Virus genome (UHGV): UHGV-1446736 | Origin: a virus | Reading direction: 5' to 3' (one strand) | DNA length: 26,779 nucleotides | Part shown: piece after piece, positions 20,216 through 26,779 of the stretch | Numbering within the stretch: the stretch's first letter is position 1 | Layout of the letters: each line of letters begins with the position of its first letter | Notes under the pieces: generated by a model | The model's database searches: none | Seen by the model: only the letters and a program-made list of their open reading frames with translations | Told to the model about the DNA's origin: nothing | Translations under genes and position numbers: made by a program

Positions 20216-20235
20216 TTTTTCTCAAAGGTGAATTT

Positions 20236-20667
20236 ATGAGCTCATTAACGTTTATCGGATTGTCACAGTTACTTTCTAGGAAAGGTGAGTTATTACAGCA
20301 AAATACGAATGATTTATTAGAACGTGTTAACACCGCATGGAATAACAAACGAGACCTTAATAAGCAAATTTCCATAGAGCTAAATGATGGAGAGCTTGAG
20401 GTTTCAATTCCACAGCTACGCTTTAAGTGTTTTACAGAAAGTAAGCTTTCACTTCACGAAGGCTCATTAATTGGGGTTATTACTTTTTACACATCGCGAG
20501 ATGGAAAAAAACAGGAGTTTCATAAAATTTTTCTTGATTGGAACAATTGCATGCATTTTGGGGCGCTTGACTCAACAGCTCCAATAGACATCGACTATAC
20601 CGAAGATGTTGAGTATCTCTTTATGAACGCTCTAATCGATTCTGCTTATCGAAATAATTTAATCTAA
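20236..20667 (+). CDS. Orphan plus-strand moron gene, hypothetical 143-aa protein
   Basis: The only convincing plus-strand gene in the window: ATG at 20236 with AAGGTG 5 nt upstream, markedly AT-rich, no signal peptide or transmembrane segment, no motif I recognise. It sits between terS and the lysis cassette, where lambda carries bor. Confidence 0.6.
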   Translation: MSSLTFIGLSQLLSRKGELLQQNTNDLLERVNTAWNNKRDLNKQISIELNDGELEVSIPQLRFKCFTESKLSLHEGSLIGVITFYTSRDGKKQEFHKIFLDWNNCMHFGALDSTAPIDIDYTEDVEYLFMNALIDSAYRNNLI

Positions 20668-21109
20668 TTGATGTTGGTGGTGAACTTTTGCCACCCAGTT
20701 AATCACTCTTAGCAGGATATAAGCCATTGTCGAGACCACTCATTGAATGGTCTCTGCAATAACCGATGTCTTTCCATCAGTCCGCCACCACAAAGAATCT
20801 TTTTTGCCATAAGGCAGGAGGTTCATCTTTCAGTGGCTGCCAGTGTTATTTCCCCACTTACTGGCTTGGGTTGTTTCGCTGTACTGCCGTAACTGGTTGC
20901 CCAGAATAAATTCCGGTTTCATTATCAAGCCCACCCGTAGATAGGCTTTGTAATTAACTGGCTCTTATCTCAACGCAGCCCCTTACCGCGCGCCAGATGC
21001 TCAACTTCAAGCATCAGCAATGAGATGTTTAATCTGGATTCACTCCAGAAGTGATCACCACCCTGTCTACAGAGCCAGATGTGAAGGATGATGAGTAAAA
21101 TTATCGCTA

Positions 21110-21547
21110 TCATCGAAGGCATTGCGTCCTGATGTATTCCTGCAAGTAGTTAACCTGCGCGGTTATCCTGTCGATTCCACTTTGGAGACGGTAATAATTG
21201 AGTTCAGCATCTGCTGTAAGTCTTGGGATTTCTCCATCGCCCATGCTGCTGGCTCCGGTCGTTGACTTTGCACAGGTGGCGGCGACTTGCAGGCGCTTAC
21301 GCCCAGCAGAAACATCAGCACGGAGGCTTTCGATAGTCGCGTTAGCATCAGCAAGCTCCTTTGTGTATCTGGCGTCGAGTTCTGCTACATCACGTTGACG
21401 CTTCTGCATATCAGCGATGATGGATGTGGCTTTATTGCGCTGCTCTTTGTAGGTCATGGCGTTATCACGGTAATGATTAACAGCCCATGACAGGCAGACG
21501 ATGATGCAGATAACCAGAGCGGAGATAATCGCGGTTACTCTACTCAT
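21110..21547 (-). CDS. Rz: Rz inner-membrane spanin (i-spanin)
   Basis: N-terminus [29 protein letters not shown] matches lambda Rz as I recall it; the ATG overlaps the endolysin stop (ATGA). Confidence 0.85.
   Translation of the reverse strand: MSRVTAIISALVICIIVCLSWAVNHYRDNAMTYKEQRNKATSIIADMQKRQRDVAELDARYTKELADANATIESLRADVSAGRKRLQVAATCAKSTTGASSMGDGEIPRLTADAELNYYRLQSGIDRITAQVNYLQEYIRTQCLR
21163..21348 (-). CDS. Rz1: Rz1 outer-membrane lipoprotein spanin (o-spanin), embedded in Rz in the +1 frame
   Basis: ORF wholly inside Rz in a different frame; ATG at 21348 gives [20 protein letters not shown] with a lipobox (LLGVSAC) followed by a Pro-rich mature part ([11 protein letters not shown]). 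Confidence 0.75.
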   Translation of the reverse strand: MLTRLSKASVLMFLLGVSACKSPPPVQSQRPEPAAWAMEKSQDLQQMLNSIITVSKVESTG

Positions 21548-22041
21548 TGTTGCCCCCACAAACAGACTTCACGCTCAATCTCACGGCGAGTCATCAGCCC
21601 TTTCCATTGCTTACCGCCAGCGTATGTCCAGCGCCGTAGCTGATCACATGCGCCTTTGATATCGCCCTGGTTTATTTTGCGAAGAAGCGTCGATGTTCTG
21701 AAATTTCCAGCACCAACGTTGTAAACGAACGAGTAAAGAGCGCCGCGCGTTGTTTCCGGTATATCGACTTTGATGTACGGGTTAATTTGTCTGGCGACAG
21801 TGGCAAGGTCTTTATTCAGGAGGGCTTTGCATTCTGCTTCGGTATACGTTTTACCGAGCATAATGTCTTTTCCGGTATGCCCGTAACATACAGTCCATAC
21901 GCCAACAATATCTTTATATGGTATGTAGCTGACACCTTCCAGACCATCGTCACCACTCGGACCAGTGATAAGCACAGACGCTATGGCAACAGCCCCACCA
22001 CCAATAGCAGCTGCAACAGCCTTGCGTAATGATGGCGACAT
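21544..22041 (-). CDS. R: SAR endolysin (signal-anchor-release lysozyme, phage 21 R-like)
   Basis: 165 aa; N-terminal Gly/Ala-rich weak transmembrane segment ([20 protein letters not shown]) followed by a T4-lysozyme-like catalytic region; closely matches phage 21 R as I recall it. Confidence 0.88.
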   Translation of the reverse strand: MSPSLRKAVAAAIGGGAVAIASVLITGPSGDDGLEGVSYIPYKDIVGVWTVCYGHTGKDIMLGKTYTEAECKALLNKDLATVARQINPYIKVDIPETTRGALYSFVYNVGAGNFRTSTLLRKINQGDIKGACDQLRRWTYAGGKQWKGLMTRREIEREVCLWGQQ

Positions 22042-22256
22042 TATTCACCTCTCGCAGCCTTACGCTTGTCTTCTCTGATTTTGAAGTACAGATTTGTCAG
22101 ATAAGTCAGGAATCCCAGAACCAGACTTCCCAGCACACCAATTGCAGCCCACTGTGACGGACTGACCTGATCCAACCACTGTAAAAACCAGTATCCCGCA
22201 CTACCCGCGGATGTTCCGTAGGCAATGCCAGTAGAGATTTTGTCCATTGATTTCAT
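22041..22256 (-). CDS. S: Class II pinholin with dual-start motif (phage 21 S21-like)
   Basis: 71 aa beginning [10 protein letters not shown]..., with ATGs confirmed at 22256 and 22247 (Met1 and Met4), two transmembrane segments and a charged C-terminus; matches S21. Confidence 0.88.
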   Translation of the reverse strand: MKSMDKISTGIAYGTSAGSAGYWFLQWLDQVSPSQWAAIGVLGSLVLGFLTYLTNLYFKIREDKRKAARGE

Positions 22257-22374
22257 AGCAACGCCTCCGCAAGTAACGGATTGCGTAGTTCTTATATTGG
22301 GAAGGGGAAAAAAGAAGGCCGCGGCATAACTATCACTGATGAGTTCAGGATAGCCAGTGGCTACGGCTCAGTTA

Positions 22375-22450
22375 TGGTGCTGGTTAACGGACTTGAACCG
22401 CTACCCATTCGCTTACAAGGCGACTGCTCTACCATTGGAGCTAAACCAGC
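22375..22450 (-). tRNA. tRNA-Thr (anticodon UGU), 76 nt with encoded CCA
   Basis: Minus-strand sequence GCTGGTT-TA-GCTC-CAATGGTA-GAGC-A-GTCGC-CTTGTAA-GCGAA-TGGGT-AGCGG-TTCAAGT-CCGTT-AACCAGC-A-CCA folds as a cloverleaf: 7-bp acceptor stem, 4-bp D stem with GG in the loop, anticodon loop with U33 and A37, canonical T-loop. Resembles E. coli tRNA-Thr. Confidence 0.65.
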
Positions 22451-22455
22451 ATATT

Positions 22456-22530
22456 TGGCGGGACAGCGTGGACTCGAACCACGATAAGAAGGTTAACAGC
22501 CTTCCGTAATGACCTTTATACGACTGACCC
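22456..22530 (-). tRNA. tRNA-Asn (anticodon GUU), 75 nt with encoded CCA
   Basis: Minus-strand sequence GGGTCAG-TC-GTAT-AAAGGTCA-TTAC-G-GAAGG-CTGTTAA-CCTTC-TTAT-CGTGG-TTCGAGT-CCACG-CTGTCCC-G-CCA: perfect anticodon and T stems, T-loop identical to E. coli tRNA-Asn, but one T:T mismatch in the acceptor stem and one in the D stem. Confidence 0.5.
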
Positions 22531-22533
22531 AAA

Positions 22534-22575
22534 TAAAAAAAGCCACCGTTGCAACTTAAGAGTCACTAACGGCAG
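22534..22575 (-). terminator. Candidate tR'-like terminator downstream of the late promoter
   Basis: Minus strand reads CCGTT...(17 nt)...AACGGTGGC followed by TTTTTTTATTT; the stem is weak and the loop long, so strength is uncertain. Confidence 0.3.
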
Positions 22576-22618
22576 CTTATGCCAATAGTGTTGCTCATTT
22601 GCTCAATGATGTCAACAC
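22576..22618 (-). promoter_or_regulatory. Candidate Q-dependent late promoter (pR'-like) with qut region
   Basis: A consensus TTGACA -35 hexamer lies 7 nt after the Q stop codon on the minus strand; the -10 is not canonical (CACTAT/ACTATT about 19-20 nt downstream). Location right after Q matches lambdoid late-promoter architecture. Confidence 0.3.
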
Positions 22619-22621
22619 GTT

Positions 22622-23110
22622 CTATGCTACATGTTTAATTTTCTCTACACGTTTCCGATTTTTAAACGCACTATCCAGAACCGGGTAAATCATAAACAAC
22701 GAGGCATTAAGGATTTCGTCAACTTCCCGTCGACAGGTTGCGAGCGATGGTTTTTGAATGCGCCCGCCGCCACGGCATAACATCTTGCGAGGTCTTGCGA
22801 CGCGATGATAGTAAGATGCAATGGCGTGCTTGGAAGAGCCATGAGCGTAGTAGCTGAGGAGGATTCCAAAGGCTTTCTTGTCAATGTACATGACGGAATC
22901 GACGACCTGAGAAATCAACATTCCATCATCATCATTACACATTGGCCTTGTCATAACTCTTCCCGGCTCTACGCTCTCCATGAACTTCGCTATTACGCTG
23001 CTCATGCGCTTTTCCAGACGACCTGAATAAACCCATGCGCCCCACAGTTCAAGCCAGCCATTCAGCCACTCATGCTGTTCTTTGGTGAGGTTTAGTTCTC
23101 TTATGCCCAC
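22622..23110 (-). CDS. Q: Late-gene antitermination protein Q (non-lambda allele)
   Basis: 162-aa ORF between ninI and the late promoter/lysis genes; GTG start at 23110 with GGGAGAAGG ribosome-binding site, overlapping the ninI 3' end by 10 nt; Cys-containing region ([10 protein letters not shown]) as in Q-family antiterminators. Confidence 0.7.
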   Translation of the reverse strand: MGIRELNLTKEQHEWLNGWLELWGAWVYSGRLEKRMSSVIAKFMESVEPGRVMTRPMCNDDDGMLISQVVDSVMYIDKKAFGILLSYYAHGSSKHAIASYYHRVARPRKMLCRGGGRIQKPSLATCRREVDEILNASLFMIYPVLDSAFKNRKRVEKIKHVA

Positions 23111-23772
23111 GCGCCTTCTCCCTGTACCTGAATCAATGTGAGATTTCCGCAGAATACTGCCCCAGTATCGATATACATCTGGTTGGCAAATTTGAGTGGT
23201 TTCACTGCTGGCGTATGACCAAAGATAAACGTGTCCGCGCCTTTAATTTCTTTAACGATCCCGTCTTGTGAGTTGCTGATTCGTTCGCGGTTCCAGATTA
23301 CCTGCTGATGATCAACTGGCTTTCCAAATTCGTATTCGTCACAAGGATAATCGGCGTGGCAGATGACATATTTTTTACCTTTGCTCACCAGTTCGATGAT
23401 TAACGGAAGTTCTTCTGCTTTATGGGCAAGAGCTTTAGCCAGAATTTCTTTGTCGTAATCGAGATTAAAGAACCAGCCACCGCCATTAAGCAGCCAGTGA
23501 TTAACGTTTCCACGCTCTGATAAGCCATCAATCATCATTTGCTCATGGTTTCCACGTACAGCTCTGAACCAGGGGAATGTGATTAATTCCAGGCATTCAA
23601 CGTTCTCTGCACCACGATCAACCAAATCGCCCACCGAGATAAGCAGGTCTTTTTTGTTGTCGAATCCAATCGTATCCAGTTTGTTCATCAGGTTCGTGTA
23701 GCATCCGTGCAGATCGCCAACTACCCAAATATTTCGGTATTTGCTGCCATCAATTCTTTCGTAGATATTCAT
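23101..23772 (-). CDS. ninI: Ser/Thr protein phosphatase NinI
   Basis: 223 aa with calcineurin-like metallophosphatase motifs (GDLHG, GDLVDRG, GNHE); near-identical to lambda NinI as I recall it. Confidence 0.9.
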   Translation of the reverse strand: MNIYERIDGSKYRNIWVVGDLHGCYTNLMNKLDTIGFDNKKDLLISVGDLVDRGAENVECLELITFPWFRAVRGNHEQMMIDGLSERGNVNHWLLNGGGWFFNLDYDKEILAKALAHKAEELPLIIELVSKGKKYVICHADYPCDEYEFGKPVDHQQVIWNRERISNSQDGIVKEIKGADTFIFGHTPAVKPLKFANQMYIDTGAVFCGNLTLIQVQGEGAWA

Positions 23773-24380
23773 GCAGCCTCACTTCTGCTGTTTCGCAGTT
23801 TTTTAAGTTTCTGTTGATACTCCGCCTTGATGGCCCTGCACTCTTCGACAGTCCAGCGATGGCGGTTATGGTTTGATTCGATTTCGTCTACTGCTTCCTG
23901 CCCGATGCGGTTAATCAGTTCGACGCGATACGGAACGAGATTTCCGCTTTTATGTTGGTTGCACACCACGCATTGCTTGTGAATATTGCGTTCATCAAAT
24001 CGGAGTTGAGGCGCCGCAGCAGTTGTCCGGTAATGCCCGGCATCCCACTGAGCAGACGTGAGCGTTCCGCACGAGATACATGGTAAGTCGCGGTCTCTTT
24101 CTCTGATGAAGGCGTTTACGGCTTGTTGGGCTTGTTTAATCCAGTAACTGCGGGGCTTTAAGGCGAGTTTTCGAATCTTAAGTTTATCTTTCTGTTTCTG
24201 CTCCTCTCGTCGTCGTTTCTTCTCTGCTGCCTTTTCCGCTTTTTCGCGTTCTTTGCTTCGTCGTTCGAGTGCTATCTTGGTTCCACACTCTGGAGAGCAC
24301 CACCACTGATTGGCGAATGCAGGGTGAAACCATTCCCGACATTCATCGTTTTTACATCGTCTTCGCGCTGGTTTAGCCAT
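23769..24380 (-). CDS. ninG: NinG recombination-associated protein
   Basis: 203 aa beginning [20 protein letters not shown] with Cys clusters and a Lys/Arg/Glu-rich segment, matching lambda NinG. Confidence 0.88.
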   Translation of the reverse strand: MAKPARRRCKNDECREWFHPAFANQWWCSPECGTKIALERRSKEREKAEKAAEKKRRREEQKQKDKLKIRKLALKPRSYWIKQAQQAVNAFIRERDRDLPCISCGTLTSAQWDAGHYRTTAAAPQLRFDERNIHKQCVVCNQHKSGNLVPYRVELINRIGQEAVDEIESNHNRHRWTVEECRAIKAEYQQKLKKLRNSRSEAA

Positions 24381-24543
24381 CGTCTTCTTCCTCGTGCATC
24401 GAGCTATTCGGATCGCTCATCAGTTCTGCGCAGCAGTGCTCACACACGTGAACTTCCAGCACATGCAGCTTCTGACCGCAATTAGCGCACGTTAAAGCCC
24501 GCTCGACGCTTTCTTGTTCGTAACTTCGATTTGGGTCAATCAC
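24373..24543 (-). CDS. ninF: NinF
   Basis: Small Cys-rich protein ([20 protein letters not shown]) matching lambda NinF; the proposed start is the GTG at 24543 with GAGGA upstream and GTGA overlap with the ninE stop. The track start at 24585 is also a GTG, so the true start is uncertain. Confidence 0.65.
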   Translation of the reverse strand: MIDPNRSYEQESVERALTCANCGQKLHVLEVHVCEHCCAELMSDPNSSMHEEEDDG

Positions 24544-24722
24544 CTTGTATTCCTCGCACGATGTCTTAGCCACCGGATATCCCACAGGTGAGCCGTGTAG
24601 TTGAAGGTTTTTACGTCAGATTCTTTTGGGATTGGCTTGCGTTTATTTCTGGAGCGTTTCGTTGGAAGGTATTTGCAGTTTTCGCAGATTATGTCGGTGA
24701 TGCTTCGTCGCTGTCGTCTCAT
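24540..24722 (-). CDS. ninE: NinE
   Basis: 60-aa product [29 protein letters not shown]... matching lambda NinE; ATG at 24722 overlaps the methyltransferase stop (ATGA). Confidence 0.8.
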   Translation of the reverse strand: MRRQRRSITDIICENCKYLPTKRSRNKRKPIPKESDVKTFNYTAHLWDIRWLRHRARNTR

Positions 24723-25246
24723 TCTGCCCTCCTGACGCCCTGCCCGATCGCCATCAATGCCGCTTTGGATACGGTAGTAAACATCCGTCGAGGACTGATG
24801 AACGGTCGCCAAATCAGCAGCATGGAACCTTTGCTGTTTCCCTTCTTCTCCAGCCCTGTCGATGGTTCGATAAAATTAATCCGTCCATCAGTAATGATGC
24901 GAACTTCGTCAATACTCTCCAGAGCCTTGCTGAACCATCCGACAGACATATCCTCTGGCACAAGCATCACTATCGTCTGTCGCTGTTGTATGCACTGCTC
25001 AGCGGCTTTTTCCACCCACGGCCTGATATTGCTGTACGGTGGGTTATTCCAGATTGCACCGTGGCTTATCCACTCAGAATTTAGCGCGTCGTCGGCCTCA
25101 GTTAACCAGTGAGCGCACAGAGCATTTTTGTCGCTCGCTGCCGAATCCAGCCAGAATCCAAACTCAATATCCAGTGCATCAAAAAGCCAAAGCGGCGTTT
25201 GCCAGCAGTCCTTGTCGTGTGCTGGCGTCTTTGATTTGATAGTCAT
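24719..25246 (-). CDS. Phage-type DNA N6-adenine methyltransferase (Dam-like)
   Basis: 175 aa from the ATG at 25246 ([25 protein letters not shown]...) with the catalytic NPPY motif (WNNPPYSN); start overlaps the ninB stop (ATGA). It occupies the place of lambda ninC/ninD. Confidence 0.8.
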   Translation of the reverse strand: MTIKSKTPAHDKDCWQTPLWLFDALDIEFGFWLDSAASDKNALCAHWLTEADDALNSEWISHGAIWNNPPYSNIRPWVEKAAEQCIQQRQTIVMLVPEDMSVGWFSKALESIDEVRIITDGRINFIEPSTGLEKKGNSKGSMLLIWRPFISPRRMFTTVSKAALMAIGQGVRRAE

Positions 25247-25683
25247 GCAGCCCGATCTCCCCATCGCGCTTTCCATTCGAGAGCCAGTCGCGCTTCGTCT
25301 GACCACTTAACGCCACGCTCTGTACCGAATGCCTGTATAAGCTCTAATAGCTCCGCAAATTCGTTTACACGCATCCTGCTGGTTGACTGGCCTATTACCA
25401 CAAAGCCATTCCCGGCAAGGTTAGGAACAACGTCCTGCTGCTTTAATGCTGCTGTAAAAACGCACTTCCAGCTTTCTGCATCCAGCCAGCGACCATGCCA
25501 TTCAACCTGACGAGAGACGTCACCAAGGCAAGCCCAAAGCTTTCGATTCTGGTCTAAGCTGCGGTTGCGTTCCTGAATGGTTACTACGATTGGTTTGGTT
25601 GGGTCTGGAAGGATTTGCTGTACTGCGTGAATAGCGTTCTGCTGATGTGCTGGAGATCGAATTTCAAAGGTTAGTTTTTTCAT
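25243..25683 (-). CDS. ninB: NinB (Orf family recombination mediator)
   Basis: 146 aa from the ATG at 25683 (MKKLTFEIRSPAHQQNAIHAVQQILPD...), essentially the lambda NinB sequence; the track start at 25701 is a TTG. Confidence 0.9.
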   Translation of the reverse strand: MKKLTFEIRSPAHQQNAIHAVQQILPDPTKPIVVTIQERNRSLDQNRKLWACLGDVSRQVEWHGRWLDAESWKCVFTAALKQQDVVPNLAGNGFVVIGQSTSRMRVNEFAELLELIQAFGTERGVKWSDEARLALEWKARWGDRAA

Positions 25684-25699
25684 GACTTCCCTCTCCCCC

Positions 25700-25733
25700 A
25701 AATAAAAAGGCCTGCGATTACCAGCAGGCCTGT
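25700..25733 (-). terminator. Rho-independent terminator between ren and ninB (tR2-like)
   Basis: Plus strand reads aaaaa-ggcctgc-gattacca-gcaggcc-tgtt; on the minus-strand RNA this is a 7-bp GC-rich stem followed by UUUUUAUU. Position matches lambda tR2 in the nin region. Confidence 0.6.
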
Positions 25734-25756
25734 TATTAGCTCAGTGATGTAGATGG

Positions 25757-26047
25757 TCATCTTTTAACTCCATATACCGCCAATACCCGTTTCATCGCGG
25801 CACTCTGGCGACACTCCTTAAAAATCAGGTTCGTGCTCATCTTTCCTTCCCGTTCTTCCTTGGTAGCAAACCGGTAATACACCGTTCGCCAGACCTTACC
25901 TTCGATAACCAGAAGACCTGCCCGTGCTATTTTAGCCGCGGCCTGATTTATGCTGGTTACTGTTGCGCCTGTTAGCGCGGCAACGTCCGGCGCACAGAAG
26001 TTATTATGCGTCCCCAGGTAATGAATAATTGCCTCTTTGCCCGTCAT
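25757..26047 (-). CDS. ren: Ren (protection from Rex exclusion)
   Basis: 96 aa beginning MTGKEAIIHYLGTHNNFCAPDVAALTGATV, matching lambda Ren; start overlaps the P stop (ATGA). Confidence 0.85.
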   Translation of the reverse strand: MTGKEAIIHYLGTHNNFCAPDVAALTGATVTSINQAAAKIARAGLLVIEGKVWRTVYYRFATKEEREGKMSTNLIFKECRQSAAMKRVLAVYGVKR

Positions 26048-26745
26048 ACACTTGCTCCTTTCAGTCCGAACTTAGCTTTGAGTTCTGCGATCTTCGCCAG
26101 AGCCTGTGCACGATTTAGAGGTCTACCGCCCATGACAGGAAGTTGTTTTACTGGTTCAGGGATCGCCTCACCACGGTTAATTCTCGCAGTCATATGGACA
26201 AGCTCATCTGCGGCCTTACGGCGTAATTCCGCATCAGTAAGCGCATTGGCCCGCATGTTCTGATACAGGTTGGTAACCAGCCAGTAGTGCGCGTTTGATT
26301 TCCACGGATAAGACTCCGCATCCGGATACAGGCCTCGCTTCCGGCAATACTCGTAAACCATATCAACCAGCTCGCTGACGTTTGGCAGTCCGGCGATAAC
26401 GGATGCTTCTTCCCGGCACCATGCAACAAACTGCCCGGGTGATGGCAGAAATGGTCGATTCTGCCGACGGGCTACGCGCATTCCTGCGTTAACCTGTTCC
26501 ATTGTGGTGATCCCGTTTTCCCGGAAAGCCAGAACCCACTGGCGGCGGATTTCGTTCAGTTCGTTCTGGTCACGGTTAGCCAGGCTCGCCGGGAAAGTTG
26601 CCAGTAACTGGCTGAACACACCGTTGATGATCTGCGCTACCTGCTGTACCTGCGGCTTTTCGTCGTACTGTTCCGGCATGTTGTTGGCGATCCGACGCAT
26701 CTGCTCACGGTCAAAATTAACCATCTGTGCGGCGATGTTTTTCAT
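26044..26745 (-). CDS. P: Replication protein P (DnaB helicase loader)
   Basis: 233 aa beginning MKNIAAQMVNFDREQMRRIANNMPEQYDEKPQVQQVAQ, essentially the lambda P sequence as I recall it. Confidence 0.9.
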   Translation of the reverse strand: MKNIAAQMVNFDREQMRRIANNMPEQYDEKPQVQQVAQIINGVFSQLLATFPASLANRDQNELNEIRRQWVLAFRENGITTMEQVNAGMRVARRQNRPFLPSPGQFVAWCREEASVIAGLPNVSELVDMVYEYCRKRGLYPDAESYPWKSNAHYWLVTNLYQNMRANALTDAELRRKAADELVHMTARINRGEAIPEPVKQLPVMGGRPLNRAQALAKIAELKAKFGLKGASV

Positions 26746-26779
26746 AAATCCACCCCGTAAATCCAGTCAGTGTTTGTCA
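26742..26779 (-). CDS. O: Replication initiator O, 3' end only (gene runs off the right edge)
   Basis: Minus-strand frame entering from the window edge reads ...TNTDWIYGVDL-stop, with the TGA overlapping the P start codon (ATGA); matches my recollection of the lambda O C-terminus. Confidence 0.5.
   Translation of the reverse strand, partial: TNTDWIYGVDL

Noticed and set aside
20209-20235. Upstream extension of the moron ORF (MPFFLKGEF...)
   Set aside because: That start would overlap the divergent terS start codon and has no ribosome-binding site; the ATG at 20236 is preceded by AAGGTG.
20668-21109. Lambda-type cos site or bor homologue in the lysis-terminase gap
   Set aside because: I could not find the lambda cosN 12-mer (GGGCGGCGACCT or its complement) by inspection, the small terminase is not Nu1-like, and no lipoprotein ORF resembling Bor is present.
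21040-21110. Possible short peptide ORF ([13 protein letters not shown]) just upstream of the Rz 3' end on the plus strand
   Set aside because: Only 13 codons and no supporting context; likely chance.
22281-22487. Plus-strand 68-aa ORF
   Set aside because: It spans the two tRNA genes on the opposite strand and the holin-tRNA spacer; tRNA structure explains the sequence better.
22257-22621. Shiga toxin or other toxin genes between Q and the lysis genes
   Set aside because: The interval is only about 365 bp and is fully accounted for by the candidate promoter/terminator and two tRNAs; no protein-coding ORF is present.
24588-25112. Plus-strand 174-aa ORF in the nin region
   Set aside because: Antisense to the methyltransferase and ninE genes, whose identities are strongly supported.
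1-26779. CRISPR arrays, integrase, attachment sites or insertion sequences
   Set aside because: No regularly spaced direct repeats, no integrase/transposase-like ORFs and no flanking host genes are visible; both window edges fall inside phage genes.

Overview
The window reads as the late half of an intact mosaic lambdoid prophage of an enterobacterium (E. coli-like), with almost every gene on the minus strand, so transcription runs from high to low coordinates. From the right edge: the 3' tip of replication gene O, then lambda-type P, ren, a tR2-like terminator, a nin region (ninB, a Dam-like N6-adenine methyltransferase in place of ninC/ninD, ninE, ninF, ninG, ninI phosphatase; no ninH), a Q antiterminator, two tRNA genes (Thr-UGU, Asn-GUU), and a phage-21-type lysis cassette (dual-start pinholin, SAR endolysin, Rz with embedded Rz1). 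Then follow the small and large terminase subunits, portal, Mu-F-like head morphogenesis protein, XkdF-like scaffold/protease, major capsid, head-tail connectors, and a contractile tail (sheath, tube, chaperone, tape measure, baseplate hub, spike, baseplate J, DUF2313 protein, start of a tail fibre). Two visibly AT-rich cargo insertions interrupt this backbone and are the best candidates for something undescribed. The first (about 3405-4971) sits inside the baseplate operon: a secreted small protein, then two translationally coupled unknown genes (258 aa and 123 aa) closed by a strong intrinsic terminator. The second is a single plus-strand orphan gene (20236-20667) between the lysis genes and terS, antisense to late transcription, followed by about 440 bp of non-coding DNA. 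All protein assignments rest on my recollection of protein families and on synteny; no database search was possible, and start codons are approximate where the ORF track shows alternative starts.
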